Part shown: in pieces, positions 1-14,060 of the stretch | Position numbering within the stretch: the first letter of the stretch is position 1 | Layout: every line of letters begins with the position of its first letter | Source of the DNA: Camelus ferus | Taxonomy: Eukaryota | Reading direction: 5' to 3' | Assembly: GCF_009834535.1 (NCBI RefSeq) | Contig: NC_045697.1 | Location: 10,108,001 to 10,172,000, forward strand | DNA: 64,000 nt | The notes under the pieces: model-generated | What the model was told of the DNA's origin: nothing | Seen by the model: the letters and a program-made list of their open reading frames with translations, nothing else | The model's database searches: none | Position numbers and translations under genes: made by a program

Positions 1-841
1 CAACCCTGTTCCTTCCTCCTAGTCCATCTCTGTTGAGGAGTTATCACTTCCCCTACTGAGTGTTTTGTCATATGGATAATTTTGGTTTAGGATAAAATCT
101 GAACAGAGTGATCTTTCTAAGATGAAAACCAGATCACGTTCCTCTCCCACTTCCTTCAAGATCTTCCTGATGAACTTGAAATACAATTTAAGCTCCTCCC
201 CATGGCCTCCAAGACCCAGCAGGATGTAGCCCAGCACAATCTAGCTCATCTTCAGTAAATACCCTTGCCCTGGCTCTCTCCCAGCCATCTCATGCCCTCC
301 CTGCTCTCCTGGGAACAGGCTGGATTATTCCTACTTCAGTGTCCTGACAAGGGCTACCCCTCTGCAGGGACCTCTCATCCCCCCAGATTCATGGGTCACA
401 ACTTTGCCTCATTTACATCTCTACTCTAATGTTGCCTCCTCTAGAGACCTCCTCTGATCTCCTCCCCAAGACTCACCGTCCTCTTAAGTCCTTTCTAGAC
501 ATCCCAGCACTTCCTGCTCCTTGAGATTATCACTGCATTTGTTTCCTCGGTTGACATCTGCCTGCCACTCTACAGCACCACTCCCTGAGGGCAGGACTAT
601 TTTCTGTCTTATTTGCCCTGTTTCCCCAGTGCCTGGATTCGTGCTTTGCACATCTTAGGTTCTCAACTGATCTCTGTTGAGTGAGCAAGGGGATGGACCA
701 GAGTTAAAAACCCAGAGATCAATATCCAAGCAGAACCAGCAGGGACATGAGTTCAGGGTAGCAGACTGAGGGTAGGAACCCATGGAGAGCCCCTAATGGT
801 GCGGTGTATCAGAGAGGAGAGTAAGAAGACAAATAACACGT

Positions 842-888
842 GCTCACTGCCCTCAGAGGAGCTCACTGCCCTCAAAGGAGCGCACTGC
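842..888. repeat. 19-bp tandem duplication (about 2.5 copies)
   Basis: gctcactgccctcagagga / gctcactgccctcaaagga / gcgcactgc. Confidence 0.9.
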
Positions 889-2384
889 TCACCACGCATA
901 GAACAGTTCACACAGGGGACTCTGTAAAGGGAAAGAAGAGGAAAGGAGGGTGTGGGCGAGTATGACAGCCACTAGCTTCACATTTCCAAACTGGAGAACG
1001 GTGCACAGAGATTCCACTAGAGGGATGCATATTGCAATATTATTGGCAAAAGCAAAAGTTAAAAACAATCAAACCATCCGCAATAGGGAATTAGTTGAGA
1101 CAACTTCAGCATATACACATAATAAAACATTTAAATTGCATTGCAGAATTAGATTTTATTATACAGAAATATGAGTAAATATAGAGTAAATGACAAGGGA
1201 TTCCCCCCAAAAGTAATGCAGAGAATCGTGTAATTTAATAAAGAGAGAGAGAAAGAGAGAGACTGTGAATCTTTCCAGATGTAGATCCCAAAATGATAAG
1301 GTTATTTCTGGGTGGTCTGATCACAGCTGATTTTGATTTTCTTTTCTGTTGTTGTTTACCCATCTAACCTCATTTTCCCATGATTAATATGTATTAATTG
1401 TGTGATCTTCTACTTTGGAGTAACTGAGTCAGAATGCACATTTCAAATCCCCTCTCAACAGTATGAAAAAGCACTAGACATCAGAGGCTCTTTCCTCGGA
1501 GCAGGAGAGCAGCCTGCTATTAAATATTATTTTAGGCACATGCAAATATTTAGAAGTCTCAGCTGGGCATGTGGGCAAGCATGTCAGGAGGGCAGCACCA
1601 ACAGCACAGCCAGGAGGTGACCTAGGTGGCCCTAAACTTGAGGGTCAGTAGCACTGTGTGGACTTGGGAAGCAGCCACCAGGGCCAAAATGCCACGTTAA
1701 GTTGCAGCTTGTGCCAGACTCACTCTATCTTCAGCATGTGCAAATTAGGTGTCACTCTCCCATTTTACAGATGAGAATCCTGAAGTTCAGGGAGACTCTC
1801 AATTGTCCAATATACTCTGAGAGTAAAAATGAGACCAGCTCTGCCTAACTCCAAAGTTTCCCTGCATCCATTAATCTTCATACATGTCAGCCTCAAGCCC
1901 AAGCAAGCAGAAGACACCGAGTGAGCAGTTAACCCAGTGGCTGTCACACATTTCTTGTTGTTCTGGAACTACTGGTCTGAATAAAATCTTAATCAGAGGC
2001 AAAATCAAATAGAACACTGACTACAATGCAGTATCCAATCTGGGTCCTGGAAAAGACAAAGAGCATCAGTGGGAAAGCTGTTGAAATCTGACAGTCTGGA
2101 GTTTAATAGTAAAAAGAGACAGGAAGGTAGGTAGGTAGGTATATAGATAGATGAGGGTGAGGAGGGGGCTAGTCTGCTAAAGTAGAAACCTGTCTACTCC
2201 ATCACCACCACCTCCTTCTATCTGAGCTCCAAAGAGAGTTCCAGACCCCCCGAGGGACCACTTTGGATATCCTTGAGCTGGCCCAATCAGCTCACTTATA
2301 GATGAGGAAATCAAAGCCCAAAAATGGAAGTAACTTGCCCAAGACCATTCAGCTAGACGTTGGCAGAGTGGACTGGAAGCCCAG

Positions 2385-2758
2385 TGTTATGGACTGAATG
2401 TTTATGTTCCTTCAAAATCCCTATGCTGAAGCCTTAGCCCTCAGTGTGATGGTATTTGGAGATTGGAGTCTTTGGGAGGTAATTAAGTAGCTGAATTTAT
2501 GAGGGTGGGACCCCTTTAGTGGGGTTAGTGTGTCTATAAGAAGAGGGAGAGAGACCGGAGCTCTCTCTCTTCACCATGTGAGGATACAATCAGAAGGCGG
2601 CTGTCTGTAAGCCAGGAAGATGGCTCCACCAGAAACCACATTGGCTGGCACCTTGATCTTGGACTTCCCCACCTCAAGAACTGTGAGAAATAAATGTCTG
2701 GTGTTTAAGCCACCCAGTCCGTGGTATTTTGGTGTAGCAGTTTGAGCTGACTGAGACA
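2385..2758 (+). mobile_element. MaLR solo LTR (MLT1A/B-like) inserted into a MIR
   Basis: tgttatggactgaatg...gactgagaca termini (TG...CA), internal aataaa, and 5-bp TSD cccag at 2380-2384 and 2759-2763. MIR-like sequence lies on both flanks. Confidence 0.85.
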
Positions 2759-5219
2759 CCCAGACTCCCCTAGGCCAGTGCTTCTTCCAGTACACCAGCT
2801 GGGGTCCAAGGACACGTGGAATTCTGAGGTCAATTTTCAGTTCCATCTCTGCTCAGAAACAGTTCTAACTAAAATGTACCACTCTCTAAAATTGTTGGAT
2901 TTTGCAAAGGTGAATTCATTTTATCAAACATCTGTGTTCCTGAAAGGCTAGACACAAGTGAAATATTGTTGATGTAAATAACATGAATTTGCTCTTTTTT
3001 TTTTTTTCACTTCTTACGCACCAGTGTATGACTGAAGCGAAGGTCCTCGGCCCTAAGCCCTGCGCCCAAATTATCTAGGAAGCTTAATAAAAATCCAGGC
3101 TGCTGGGCAAACCTAGATTTTTTTAAAATCATTAAAACTTGAGTATGGGTCCCTGATACCTATATGTAGAGCTCCCATTTTTCTCAGCAAAGACGAACTA
3201 GAGAATGAAGGATGAGGGACGAATGTGGAAGGAAGACTTATTTCCACTCAATATGCCTTTTTATTATGTGAATTTTTCAAATACCACTGTGTGCTGCCTA
3301 TTTAAAACTAAATAAACTTTAAAATTCCCCATGCACAGCCATAGTAGGGAATTACAGACCTGGTGAGACACTGTTGGATCTCTTAAAAATAGAGGATTGT
3401 ACAGAGTCAGCTTTAAGGGCAGCCTAGCTGGGTGGAGCTCCTGGTTGAGATAGTGGACTGTGGCTGCGTCCGACAGCCCAAGGTCTGAACCAGCCTCTGC
3501 CCTAAATTGTGTTCACTCTTCTGAGCATCTTGTCCGTTAAATCCATATAATGGGACCCACCTACCAGACCTGAGAGGATGGATGAAGACAATAAATACAA
3601 AACACTCAGCACAGAACTTGGCACATAGCCAGCCCCCAATAAATAATAGACATACTTCCTCTTTCTTTGCTCCGGAGCCCCTGCGCTGGAATGGAGATTA
3701 CTGATATGATTAGAACTGAATTATTTTGGAAAGCAAAACTCTTCTTTGTTTCATGAAACCAAATCAGTAGACTTTAAGCAAAGAAAGTGTATGTGCCAGA
3801 AAGTTCTCCACATGCCCTGCTAAGTGCTAATGGCCAAGATTTCTCGCCCCAGTTTTCTAGCCATCATCACTGACCTAGGAAATTAGAGCCCCTTGGGTGT
3901 TTTCATTTAGATAAATGTGTGTATTCATAGTTTTCTTGGCCATCTTCCACACTATTTTGAAGATTTGGCTTACTGCTTTGTTTTTCTAAACTAATTTTTC
4001 CTTAGATATGTAAATAACTACATTACAAACTATTTGGAAAACAGAGAGAAGTGAAAAAACAGCCCAAAATTTCACAACCTTAACACAATGGATGGCAGTA
4101 TTTTGGTGTACTTCCTGCTAGGCTGTTAATATGTGAGTTATAATCATAAAAAGTATTCTATTCACACAGAGTAAATTTCATCTTCTGATTTTTCTCTTAC
4201 CTGTCTATTGCAAATATTTTCCTCGTTATGGCAAAGTCATTATAACCACACCTTCAACTAGCTGCATAATATTCCACAGAATGACTCTTGCACAATATAT
4301 TTAACAGTTCTCCTATTGTCTAGTATTTCAGTTTATTTCTATTTTTTGGTTGTTTTTAATGCTACAATGAACATCTTCATATGCAGATTTTTTTATTGAA
4401 TTAGGAACTATTTTCCTAGGCTAAATTCACATAAATAGAGTCATCTGTTTTTCAAATATAAAATTACATTAGAAAAGAGTATTACCCTAACTAGATAAAC
4501 CGAAAAATTGCAACCACTTCACGTGAACGTGCTTTCTCCCTGGTTTTCAGAATTATGAGGGAGGTAATTTTTTGCAAAGTAGAGACAAGGCAGCCCGTGA
4601 TCTACCAGAGACAAACGAAATTGCAAAAAGTTCAAAGGGCACCATTTTATTTGCCTGTTAGAGCTTCACCATCAATTTTGAATTACGACCTAGAGACAAA
4701 ACAGAGTTTTCAGAAGCATCAGTGTTTGTCATCCAATAGCATCCCCTTAATACATGTGAACAGGAAGGGAAAGACACTGCCATTGGCCCCATGGAGAGAG
4801 ACTCTTTAAGGAAATGAACATGTATATGAACGAAAATCATCTTTCACGCCATTTAAACTATCTGGTGAGTTTCTATCAGCGTCTTGACAGCAACAATTCA
4901 CTCATCTTCCACTCTTCCAGGGAGACAGTAATTCATTTCAGCAGGAACTCGTTTGTAGTCGTCACAGTTTGTGTTTATTGAGCACATATGTGCCAATGTC
5001 TTAATAAATTTTCTAAACATATACTAACTTTCGCCCAGTTTTATAGACGGCACACTGAAGCACAGAGAGACTGCTACCACAGCTAGCAGGTGGTAGAGCT
5101 GGGCTTCAAACCACGGCTTGGAGCTTCAGAAATCATTATGTTAAGAAGCCCAGCCCCCCAGAGACCCCAACTTTCACTGTTGCCTGGGGCTCGAGCAGCA
5201 TCTCCAGGCAGGTTTCCCC

Positions 5220-5710
5220 TGTGTTCATGTTCTATTACTGTTATAACAAATTACTACAAACTCAGTGACTTAAAACAACACGGTTAGTATCTACAGCTCT
5301 GGAGGTCGGAAGCCTAAAATGGGTTCACAAGGCTGTGTTCCTTTTGGAGGCTCTAGAGGAGATGCTGTTTCCTTGTCTTTTCTATTTTCTCAAGGCTGCC
5401 TACAAAAATTTCTCATCTCATGACGCCCTCCTCCAACCTCAGACCCGTGATATGGCACCTTTTCTCTCTGATTCTGTTTCCCTCTGCCTCTGTCCTCACA
5501 CCAACTTCTCTCTATAACTCTGGCCCGCCTGCTTCCCTCGTATAAGGACCCTTGTGATTGCATCAGTGGCCAAAGCAGTTAATCCAGGGTATTCCTCCCT
5601 CTCTCAAGACTCTGAACTTCATCGCCTCTGCAAAGCCTCTTTGCTATATTCACATGTGCTGAGACTTAGGAAGTGGACACCAGTGAGTGGCCATTATTCC
5701 ACTTACCACA
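5220..5710 (-). mobile_element. MaLR solo LTR (MLT1-type)
   Basis: Motifs ataacaaattactacaaactcagtgacttaaaacaacac, tataaggacccttgtgatt and the terminal cttaccaca, typical of reverse-strand MLT1. Confidence 0.75.
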
Positions 5711-7047
5711 AGTAAGGACAGCTACGTGACAACTGGAAAAGTCACAAGTGTACTTGCAGAGTTATTTTTCAAGAGATGACACAGGGAAAAAGCCCTTAGA
5801 GGTAGGATTCCAGCATCTCAACAGAACCAGTAAGAAGAGATGGAGATAGCATAAGAAGACCTCATATCTCAGTTTTTGAGCCCCGAATATGATCCACCTA
5901 CTTCACTTACCTTAACAGCATTTCATTGTCACAACCACTGATGGGGAGTATCTTTGTCCCCAAAACAGAGACGAGAAAATTGAGGCTCAGATTAGTTTTG
6001 AAACTCTCCTGAGATCACACAGCTAGGAACACTGATGGGCACCAGGCCTGTGATAAGGACTCAGGTGACTCTGGAGTTGTCCAGAGCCCAAAGCCCAGGA
6101 GTTGTCCACCCTGCCCAGACTACTGACACCAAAGTTGATCGAAATGAACAGCACCAGCAATGGGGATCCAGCACTGCACACAACCCCTCCACGCCACCCC
6201 CTTCACGGTGTTTTGGCCCCCATTTCCTTATTTATTTGTCTGTCTATGTGTCTATTATCTGTCTCTCCACAAAGGTAAGGATCTTGTCTGTTTCTGATTG
6301 CTGTCCCCCCAGCTCTGAGACAGGCCAGGAACATAGCAGACCCTAAACAAAATATTTCTGCAATAAATGAATAACAGTCCTTTGACCCAGAGATAACCAA
6401 TGTGAGCAAACTCAACCACTTACAACAAGGGTGGGATACTAAAAATTAACAAACACCCCCAAAAAGACTTCTCAACAGCCAAAATAAACAACTCTAAGTC
6501 CAAGTTTATGCTCTATCTCTTTGGAAAACTCCCGGAGACCTAATCCAGAGCCTGTGTTCTCTTTCTGAACAGTGATTTTGAACCCAGTTTGTTGAGCTCT
6601 TTATCACTCTGCTTCTTGCTAAAAAAGACATGCTTCAACTATAGTCAAAACTTCAACGGAAGTTTATCCACCTAAAACACAGGATCCAAGGAAGCGAGGT
6701 AATAGACATCAACGTTATAATATTCAAGGGATGCATCAGTAAAGCTATGGCCTCTGTAGATGGAGATAAGGATTCAGAGAGATTGGTTCATTACATTACT
6801 GAAATTAATGAGTTGCAAAGCCCCACCCCCAGCATTTGTGTGTGCCCCACTTGGTCCCCTGCAGAATGCAGCACTTCGGTCTGCAGGCCCTACCCTCTTA
6901 AACACACATAACTAGACAGAACAACCCAGGCTCGAAAAGATGAGATTCTTTCATGCACATGGGACGTAGTCTGATGGTCAAGTCATGTACACTTAATTAT
7001 TTTTAAATTTTGACTCTGTGCATAAGCTTAATGTTCACTGCTTTTTT

Positions 7048-8280
7048 TAACATTTTTTATTGATTTATAATCATTTTACAATGTTGTGTCAAATTCCAGT
7101 GTAGAGCACAATTTTTCAATTATACATGAACATATATATATTCATTGTCACATTTTTTCCTCTGTGAGCTACAATAAGATCGTGTATATATTTCCCTGTG
7201 CTATACAGTATAATCTTATTTATCTATTCTACAATTTTGAACTCCCAGTCTATCTCTTTCCACCCCCCCACCCCTTTGGCAACCACAAGTTTGTATTCTA
7301 TATCTATGAGTCTATTTCTGTTTTGTATTTATGCTTTTGTTTGTTTGTTTAGATTCCACATATGAGCGATCTCCTATGGTATTTTTCTTTCTCTTTCTGG
7401 CTTACTTCACTTAGAATGACATTCTCCAGGATCATCCATGTTGCTGCAAATGGCGTTATGTTGTCGGTTTTTATGGCTGGGTAGTATTCCATTGTATAAA
7501 TATACCACTTCTTTATCCAGTCATCTGTTGATGGACATTTAGGCTGTTTCCATGTCTTGGCTATTGTAAATAGTGCTGCTGTGAACATTGGGATGCAGGT
7601 GTCATCCTGAAGTAGGATTCCTTCTGGATATATGCCCAGGAGTGGGATTCCTGGGTCATTTGGTAAGTCTACTCCTAGTCTTTTGAGGAATCTCCATCCT
7701 GCTTTCCACAGTGGCTGCACCAAACTGCATTCCCACCAGCAGTGAAGGAGGATTCCCTTTTCTCCACAGCCTCTCCAGCATTTGTCATTTGTGGATTTTT
7801 GAATGATGGCCATTCTGACTGGTGTGAGGTGATACCTCATTGTAGTTTTGATTTGCGTTTCTCTGATAATTAGTGATATTGAACATTTTTTCACGTGCCT
7901 TTTGATCATTGATGACTGTAGCTCTATAGTATTGTCTGAAGTCTGGGAGAGTTATTCCTCCAGCCTCTTTCTTTCTCTTCAGTAATGCTTTGGCAATTCC
8001 AGGTCTTTGATGGTTCCATATAAATTTTATTATGATTTGTTCTAGTCCTGTGAAATATGTCCTGGGTAATTTGACAGGGATTGCATTAAATCTGTAGATT
8101 GCTTTGGGCAGTGTGACCATTTTAACAATATTGATTCTTCCAATCCAAGAGCATGGGATATCTTTACATTTTTTTAAAGTCTTCTTTAATTTCCTTCATC
8201 AATGGTTTATAGTTTTCTGTGTATAATTCTTTCACCTCCTTGGTTAGATTTATTCCTAGGTATTTTATTACTTTGGGTGC
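7048..8280 (-). mobile_element. Young 5'-truncated L1 (ORF2 C-terminus plus 3' UTR) with an internal deletion
   Basis: ORF track 7349-7909 and 7785-8120 are L1 ORF2 peptides (CWRGCGEKG...[18 protein letters not shown]). TSD gttcactg(c/g)tttttt at 7033-7047 and 8281-8295. Confidence 0.93.
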
Positions 8281-8919
8281 GTTCACTGGTTTTTTGATTC
8301 ACACTTTGACCTCAAATATACCTCCCTCTTAGCAACTATCCACTTCTTATCTGTCTCTTTCTCCTAGGGTGCTCTTCATGGCAGATAAGTGGTCTAATCA
8401 TCTTTGATTTTCTAACCTTAGTGATTGGCCCTTGTCTGTTGGATAAGTGAATGAGTCTTTGATTATAAAAATAATGTCTGATCATTATAAATTTCAGAAA
8501 ATAGGGAAAGGTAGAGGGCAACAAACATAGTTCCATGATTATTCAAAAAAAAAAAAACAAAAAAGAAACATTGACTTATAATTCTTTTTGATTTTTTTTT
8601 TTTAATGTAGAGAGTTTTTTCTTTCTTTTCATTTTCTCTTCACAAAATCCTATGCACGTATTTCTATGTTGGGGCCTTTTTTACTAACAATTATAATTTA
8701 AGCATTGCCCCACGCCATCTCATAGCTCTGAAGTTTGATAAATAATGTTCTAACATGGCTCCTGAGGGCATGAATTAATTTTATGCCATTAGGCACATTG
8801 TTGCCTTCAACTCTGGTGTGTCCAAAGAGGATTCCACCTGCAACCCAACTATCATAAATCAAGCTTCAGTTCCTCAACTCTGCTAGAAAATCCCTTTGCT
8901 TTTCCTCCTTTACCTTTTA

Positions 8920-9675
8920 TTTATTTTTTTTAACTGATGTGTAGTTGATTTACAATGTTGTGTTAGTTTCAGGTGTACAGCAAAGTGACTCAGTTATACA
9001 TATATACATGTATACATATGTATATTCTTTTTCAGATTCTTCTCCATTATAAATTATTACAAGATATTGAATATAGTCCCCTATGCTATACAGTGGAACC
9101 TTGTTGTTTATCTATTTTTTTATACGGTAATTTGCATCTGTTAATCCTAAACTCCTAATTTATCCTTCCCCTCCCTTTCCCTTTGGTAACCATAGTTTGT
9201 TTTGTATATCTATGAGTCTGTTTCTGTCTTATAAATAAGTTCATTTGTACCATTTTTTTGATTCCACATATAAGTGATATTATATATTTGGCTTTCTCTG
9301 ACTTATTTCACTTAGTATAATAATCTCTAGGTCCATCCAGGTTGCTGAAAATGGCAATATTTCACACTTTTCATGGCTGAGTAATATTCCATTGTATATA
9401 TCCATGTGTGTTTGTGTGTGTGTGTATGTGAGTATCTCACATCTTCTTTATTCATTCATCTGTTGATGGGCATTTAGGTTGCTTCCATGTCTTGGGCATT
9501 GTAAATAGTGCTGCTGTGAACATTGGGGTGCATGTGTCTTTTCAAATTAGAGTTTTCATCTTTTCCAGATATATGCCCAGGAGTGGATCATATGGTAACC
9601 CTATTTTAAGTTTTTAAGGAACCTCCATACTGTGCTCCATAGTGGCTGCACTAATTTACATTCCCACCAACAGTG
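8920..9675 (-). mobile_element. 5'-truncated L1 3' end
   Basis: Typical L1 3' UTR and ORF2 tail in reverse; perfect 17-bp TSD tcctcctttacctttta at 8903-8919 and 9676-9692. Confidence 0.92.
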
Positions 9676-10125
9676 TCCTCCTTTACCTTTTAGAATCTAT
9701 GACCTAAATGAAGATGCATCCATTTCTTCTCAGTGTATGAAGCAGCAACAGCCATCTAAATCCATCCCTAAAACCCTCCAGCAGGAGTTTTTTGGTAAAA
9801 CACCATGTCTGGTTCTAGTGCTATTTGATTTTTTTTCCTGTTTAAACAAATGTTTTCACGAACTCACAAAATGTGTTAGTCATAACCACCACAAAGTTCC
9901 AACTGATGATTAAAAAACAAACCTAGGTTTGGGAGAAAATTCAAGATGCCTTCCATACTCCAAACCCATTCCTAGTAAACAGAGAACAGGGGCCAATGCC
10001 TTGAAACCAAACACATTTTTATGAAACCAAACACCATAGAACATGACTGAGCATACCCTTACATCACTCAGGCCACTAAGATTAATAAACACGTTGAAAG
10101 CATTTGCTTCACACTTGCTCATCTG

Positions 10126-10176
10126 AACAAATACATCTTTTCACAAAACAAATCCATCTTTTCACAAAACAAATCC
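10126..10176. repeat. 21-bp tandem duplication (about 2.4 copies)
   Basis: aacaaatacatcttttcacaa / aacaaatccatcttttcacaa / aacaaatcc. Confidence 0.9.
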
Positions 10177-11844
10177 AAAATCATGGACATTCCCAGATGT
10201 CTAAAATCCAAGACTCTTTACTGTCAAATTCATCAATGAGAAAGCATAGAAGAAGAGAATTTGGGGCTTTAATCAAATGTTTAAATCTGGCACTAGAAAG
10301 AGAAGGTGATAAAATTATATATTAAAGGACCAAAAAAAAGGAGAAGAAGAGGAAGAGAAAATACACTGAGTTAAATATCCACGAATAATCATTTATATTA
10401 TCAATGTTTTATTTCTTTGAGAAAAATAGTATTCTTTTCATCTCCATGGGATATTGTCCACTGGTTGGGTGGAGTGAGTTTATTTTGTTTTTATGTAGTG
10501 TTTATTGACTTTTTAAAACCAAAAGGAATATGCTTATTGCCCCTCAAGGAAAACTTAGAACACAATAGAAATGAAAGCCAAAAATATAAATCCCATCACC
10601 CTCCTCATGGCAATATACTCACATTAATATTTTGGCTTGAAGCGTCTCATTTTTTGATACATATACTACTTTTTAAGGCAAAATGAATGTTCCAACACTT
10701 GAGACAACATTTGGTAGCCTACTTTTTTCCTTCAAGTAATATATTAAACCTTTGCCTTAGTCATCAAATGTTCTTACAGGACATAGATTTTAACGGCTGC
10801 AAAAGAGTCTTTTTGATGATGTGCCATTGACTTAACCAATCCGTAACTGCAGCACAAATAATTTACATTTTTCAATTTATATATTTAATTTAATAATTTT
10901 ATAATTAATAAATTAATGACCAAAAAAAAAGATATATCATGCTGTGATCATCACCACTGTACATATAGCTTTGCCTGTATCTTTTTTTATTTTCTTCAAA
11001 TTAAATCCTAAGAGTAAAAGTGATGAGACAAAGAGTTGCACAATTTCCAGACTCTTCATGTATACTTGTTGATATAAAAGTGGCACTTGTACCAATAAAT
11101 GATTGTACCACCTAATATTTGCACAGCCTCTGAGCATGCCTGCCCCCTAGTGGGTTTGGATTCTTTGCATCTTTACCAAACTACTAAACCTTTGAAAAAT
11201 TATCTTATGTTGCTACCATTCACTTACGAACATGAACAAGTGCTGACCCGGCACCGTCTGTGTGCCAGGGTCTGTTCTCGGGCAGGAGGCACTGCAGGGA
11301 ACACAGGCAGAAGGGGCACCGGGCAGCCGGGGTTGGAATCCCAGCCCTGTCTTGTTCCCCTGTGACCGCCTCACCCGAGCCTCTGTTTTCTCAGCTACAA
11401 AACAGCAGCAATGCAACCCATCTAAAAGGTGGTTCTGAAAGTTTGCCAGGTGACATGTGCACAGTGGTGGGGCCCCGGCGAGGTCCAGGGACCTCTCAGG
11501 AAGGGTTGGTGGCTGAGCTGCCCTTCTCTACAGGCCTGAGCTGCACCAGCTCTTTCCACTGGGGAGACTCCGCCCTCCACTCTGATGTGTCCGGTCAATT
11601 CCTCTTCCATCTGAGGGAAGGGAGACTGATTCTGGGAAGCTGATCTCTATGCTCTGTTACATCTCACCTTGACACTGCATTCATTTCATAGTGAGAACTG
11701 TGGCCACAAACATCACATCTGAACCTCATGACTTTGAAGTCCCTCCTTTAACATGAAAGTCAGAGGCTTTGGTGGAAAGGGAATTAGGCTGAAATTTGGC
11801 CAACTCTGCCTCTTGCTTAGCTATTGCACACTTTGCACTCTGGT

Positions 11845-12266
11845 TTTTTTTTTAATTTAATTTAATTTTATTTTTTATTGAAGTGTAGTTGACTTACAGT
11901 CTTTGTTTCAGGTATACAGCAAAGTGATTCATATATATATATACATATTTTTTTATTTTCAGATTCTTTTCCATTATATGTCACCACAAGAAATTGTGCT
12001 ATACAGTAGGTCCTTGTTGTTCATCTATTTTATATATAGTAACATACGTCTGTTAGTCCTCAAATATATAATTTATCCCTCCCTGTCCTTCCCCCTTTGG
12101 TAACCATAGTTTGTTTTCTATGTCTATGAGTCTGTTTGGGGTTTGTAAATAGAATTAGCATCATCCATTTGCAGCAACATGGATGGACCTAGAGATTATC
12201 ATATTAAGTGATGTAAGTCAGACAGAGAAAGACAAATATCATATGATATCACTTACATGTGGAATC
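11845..12266 (-). mobile_element. L1 3' end with 5' inversion (twin-priming type)
   Basis: T-rich tail at the left, reverse-strand L1 3' UTR to about 12151, then a forward-strand L1 piece at about 12160-12266. Confidence 0.85.
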
Positions 12267-12484
12267 CATTGCACTACGTTTTGTCTTAGATCCATTTCTG
12301 GATACGAAAGAATTTCCAGCAACAACTCATGCATGTAACAGTAGTTTGTTTTTTTTTTTTTTCTGCTACAGATCTTTTACAAAGAAATAAAAAATTACAA
12401 GTTTCGCTGAAGCCCCATTTTTGATCCTTTTCTTGCTCCTCCATTAACTACTAGCCTGAAGCTAGTACATTTCATTCCCGTGCG

Positions 12485-12865
12485 TTATTTTTTATTGAGG
12501 TGAAATGTCCGGAACATGAAATTCACCATCTTAAATAGTTCAGTGGCACCTCGTCTACTCACAATGTTGTGTAGTCACCACCTCTGTCAAGTGCCACAAC
12601 ATTTTCGTCACCCCAAAAGCAAACCCTGTGCCCATCAAGCAGTCACTCCCCGTTCCTCACTCCCAACTCCAACACCTGGCAGCTATCAATCTGCTTTCTG
12701 TCTCTGTGGGTTTACCTATTCTGGCTATTTCATACAGACGGACTTGCACATTACGTGGTCGTTTGTGTCCAGCTTTTTTCAATCAGAACAATGTTTTCAA
12801 GGCTCAGCCGGGTTGTACCATGTATCAGTAATCCATTCTTTTGGGTGGATATTCCATTGCATGTT
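12485..12865 (-). mobile_element. Old L1M (L1MB/MC-like) 3' fragment
   Basis: Motifs aaattcaccatc, ctcacaatgttgtgtagtcacc and aatctgctttctgtctctgtggg; boundaries approximate. Confidence 0.7.
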
Positions 12866-13499
12866 GATACTGTCTAATTCAGTTTGGGTGAGTTCCACGC
12901 ACAACCGCTTGCTGCCTCCTGAACTGAACCAGGACATCTAATGAGGTGACAATCCAAGCAAGGACCCTGCTCCCCTGATGGGCAGGCCTGGGGGAGATGC
13001 AGGCAGGAAGCACAGCTGGGTGACCCACACCTGGTCTTTGTCACCAGCAGACCTGGATTCCAGCCACAGCTCTAGCATTTCATAGTTACATGGGTGTGAA
13101 AAAGGCAATTGGCCCTTTATGCCTTTGTTTCCTCATTTATAAAATGGGGATGAAATAGTGACCACCTCATACGGGATTGCTGAGCATTGGACACAAGATG
13201 ATGTACATAAAACTTTGCTCAGTGAACGGCACACAGTAAATGACCCAACAACAAATTTGCAAAACATGTATCAAGCCCCTACCACGTGGCAGGCACTGTT
13301 CTGGAGGTGGGGATACAGTGACCAGCACAGGGATCAATCACAGACAGCTCTCAGTCCAGGGAGGACGTGGAGGAGATACAGCAGAGATCATCGCCTCTGT
13401 GACAAGGGGATGAGAGGAGGGTGAGGTCCCCTGGCAGCAGAGAAGATGCTGGAGCTAGCTGGTGTTGACTAGTGCAGAAGGGGCTTCCCACAGGACCCT

Positions 13500-14060
13500 G
13501 TGTCTGATCCCTCAGCAGTCAAACAAAAATATATTTAAAATCTCTCCCTGTCTCTCTTTCTCTCCTGCCACTGCAGTGAGGATCTCTTGCCCACTTGGCT
13601 TTATCAACCTCCCGATGGGTCAGCAATCACTGCTGCCCGGCCCTCTCCAACCCATCCCCCACACAGCAGCCAGGGCATCATTTTAAGCATAACAGAGATC
13701 ATGGTTTCCCCTGCTGGATGGCTCCCATTGCTCTGAAGAGAAAAGCCAAACTTTTCAAGCTCTGAAGTGACGTGATCTTGCCAAGTTCTCTGACCTCCTC
13801 TCTTATAAGCCACCTTGTCCTCTAGGCTCCAACCCACTGTCCTTTCATTTTCCAAGGTTCCCAATGCCCTCTCCTGCCACAGGACCTTTACACATGCTGT
13901 TCTCCATTTTTGGAAGGCTCTTCTCCTGCCTTTTCCTAGCTGAGTCAACCTCAGGAATCCCCTTAAAAGTCCCTTCCTTGGAAGGGCATTCCTTGACCCC
14001 TCCATCTGAAGTAGGTTTCCCCTTTTAAATCTCTATCACCAACCCGTCTTTATTTTTTCT
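13500..14060 (-). mobile_element. L2 fragment
   Basis: Motifs ccacacagcagccagggcatcatttt, tggctcccattgctct and caggacctttacacatgctgttc; boundaries approximate. Confidence 0.6.

Noticed and set aside
7349..8120. Host protein-coding gene
   Set aside because: The peptides are L1 ORF2 remnants within a truncated, TSD-flanked element.
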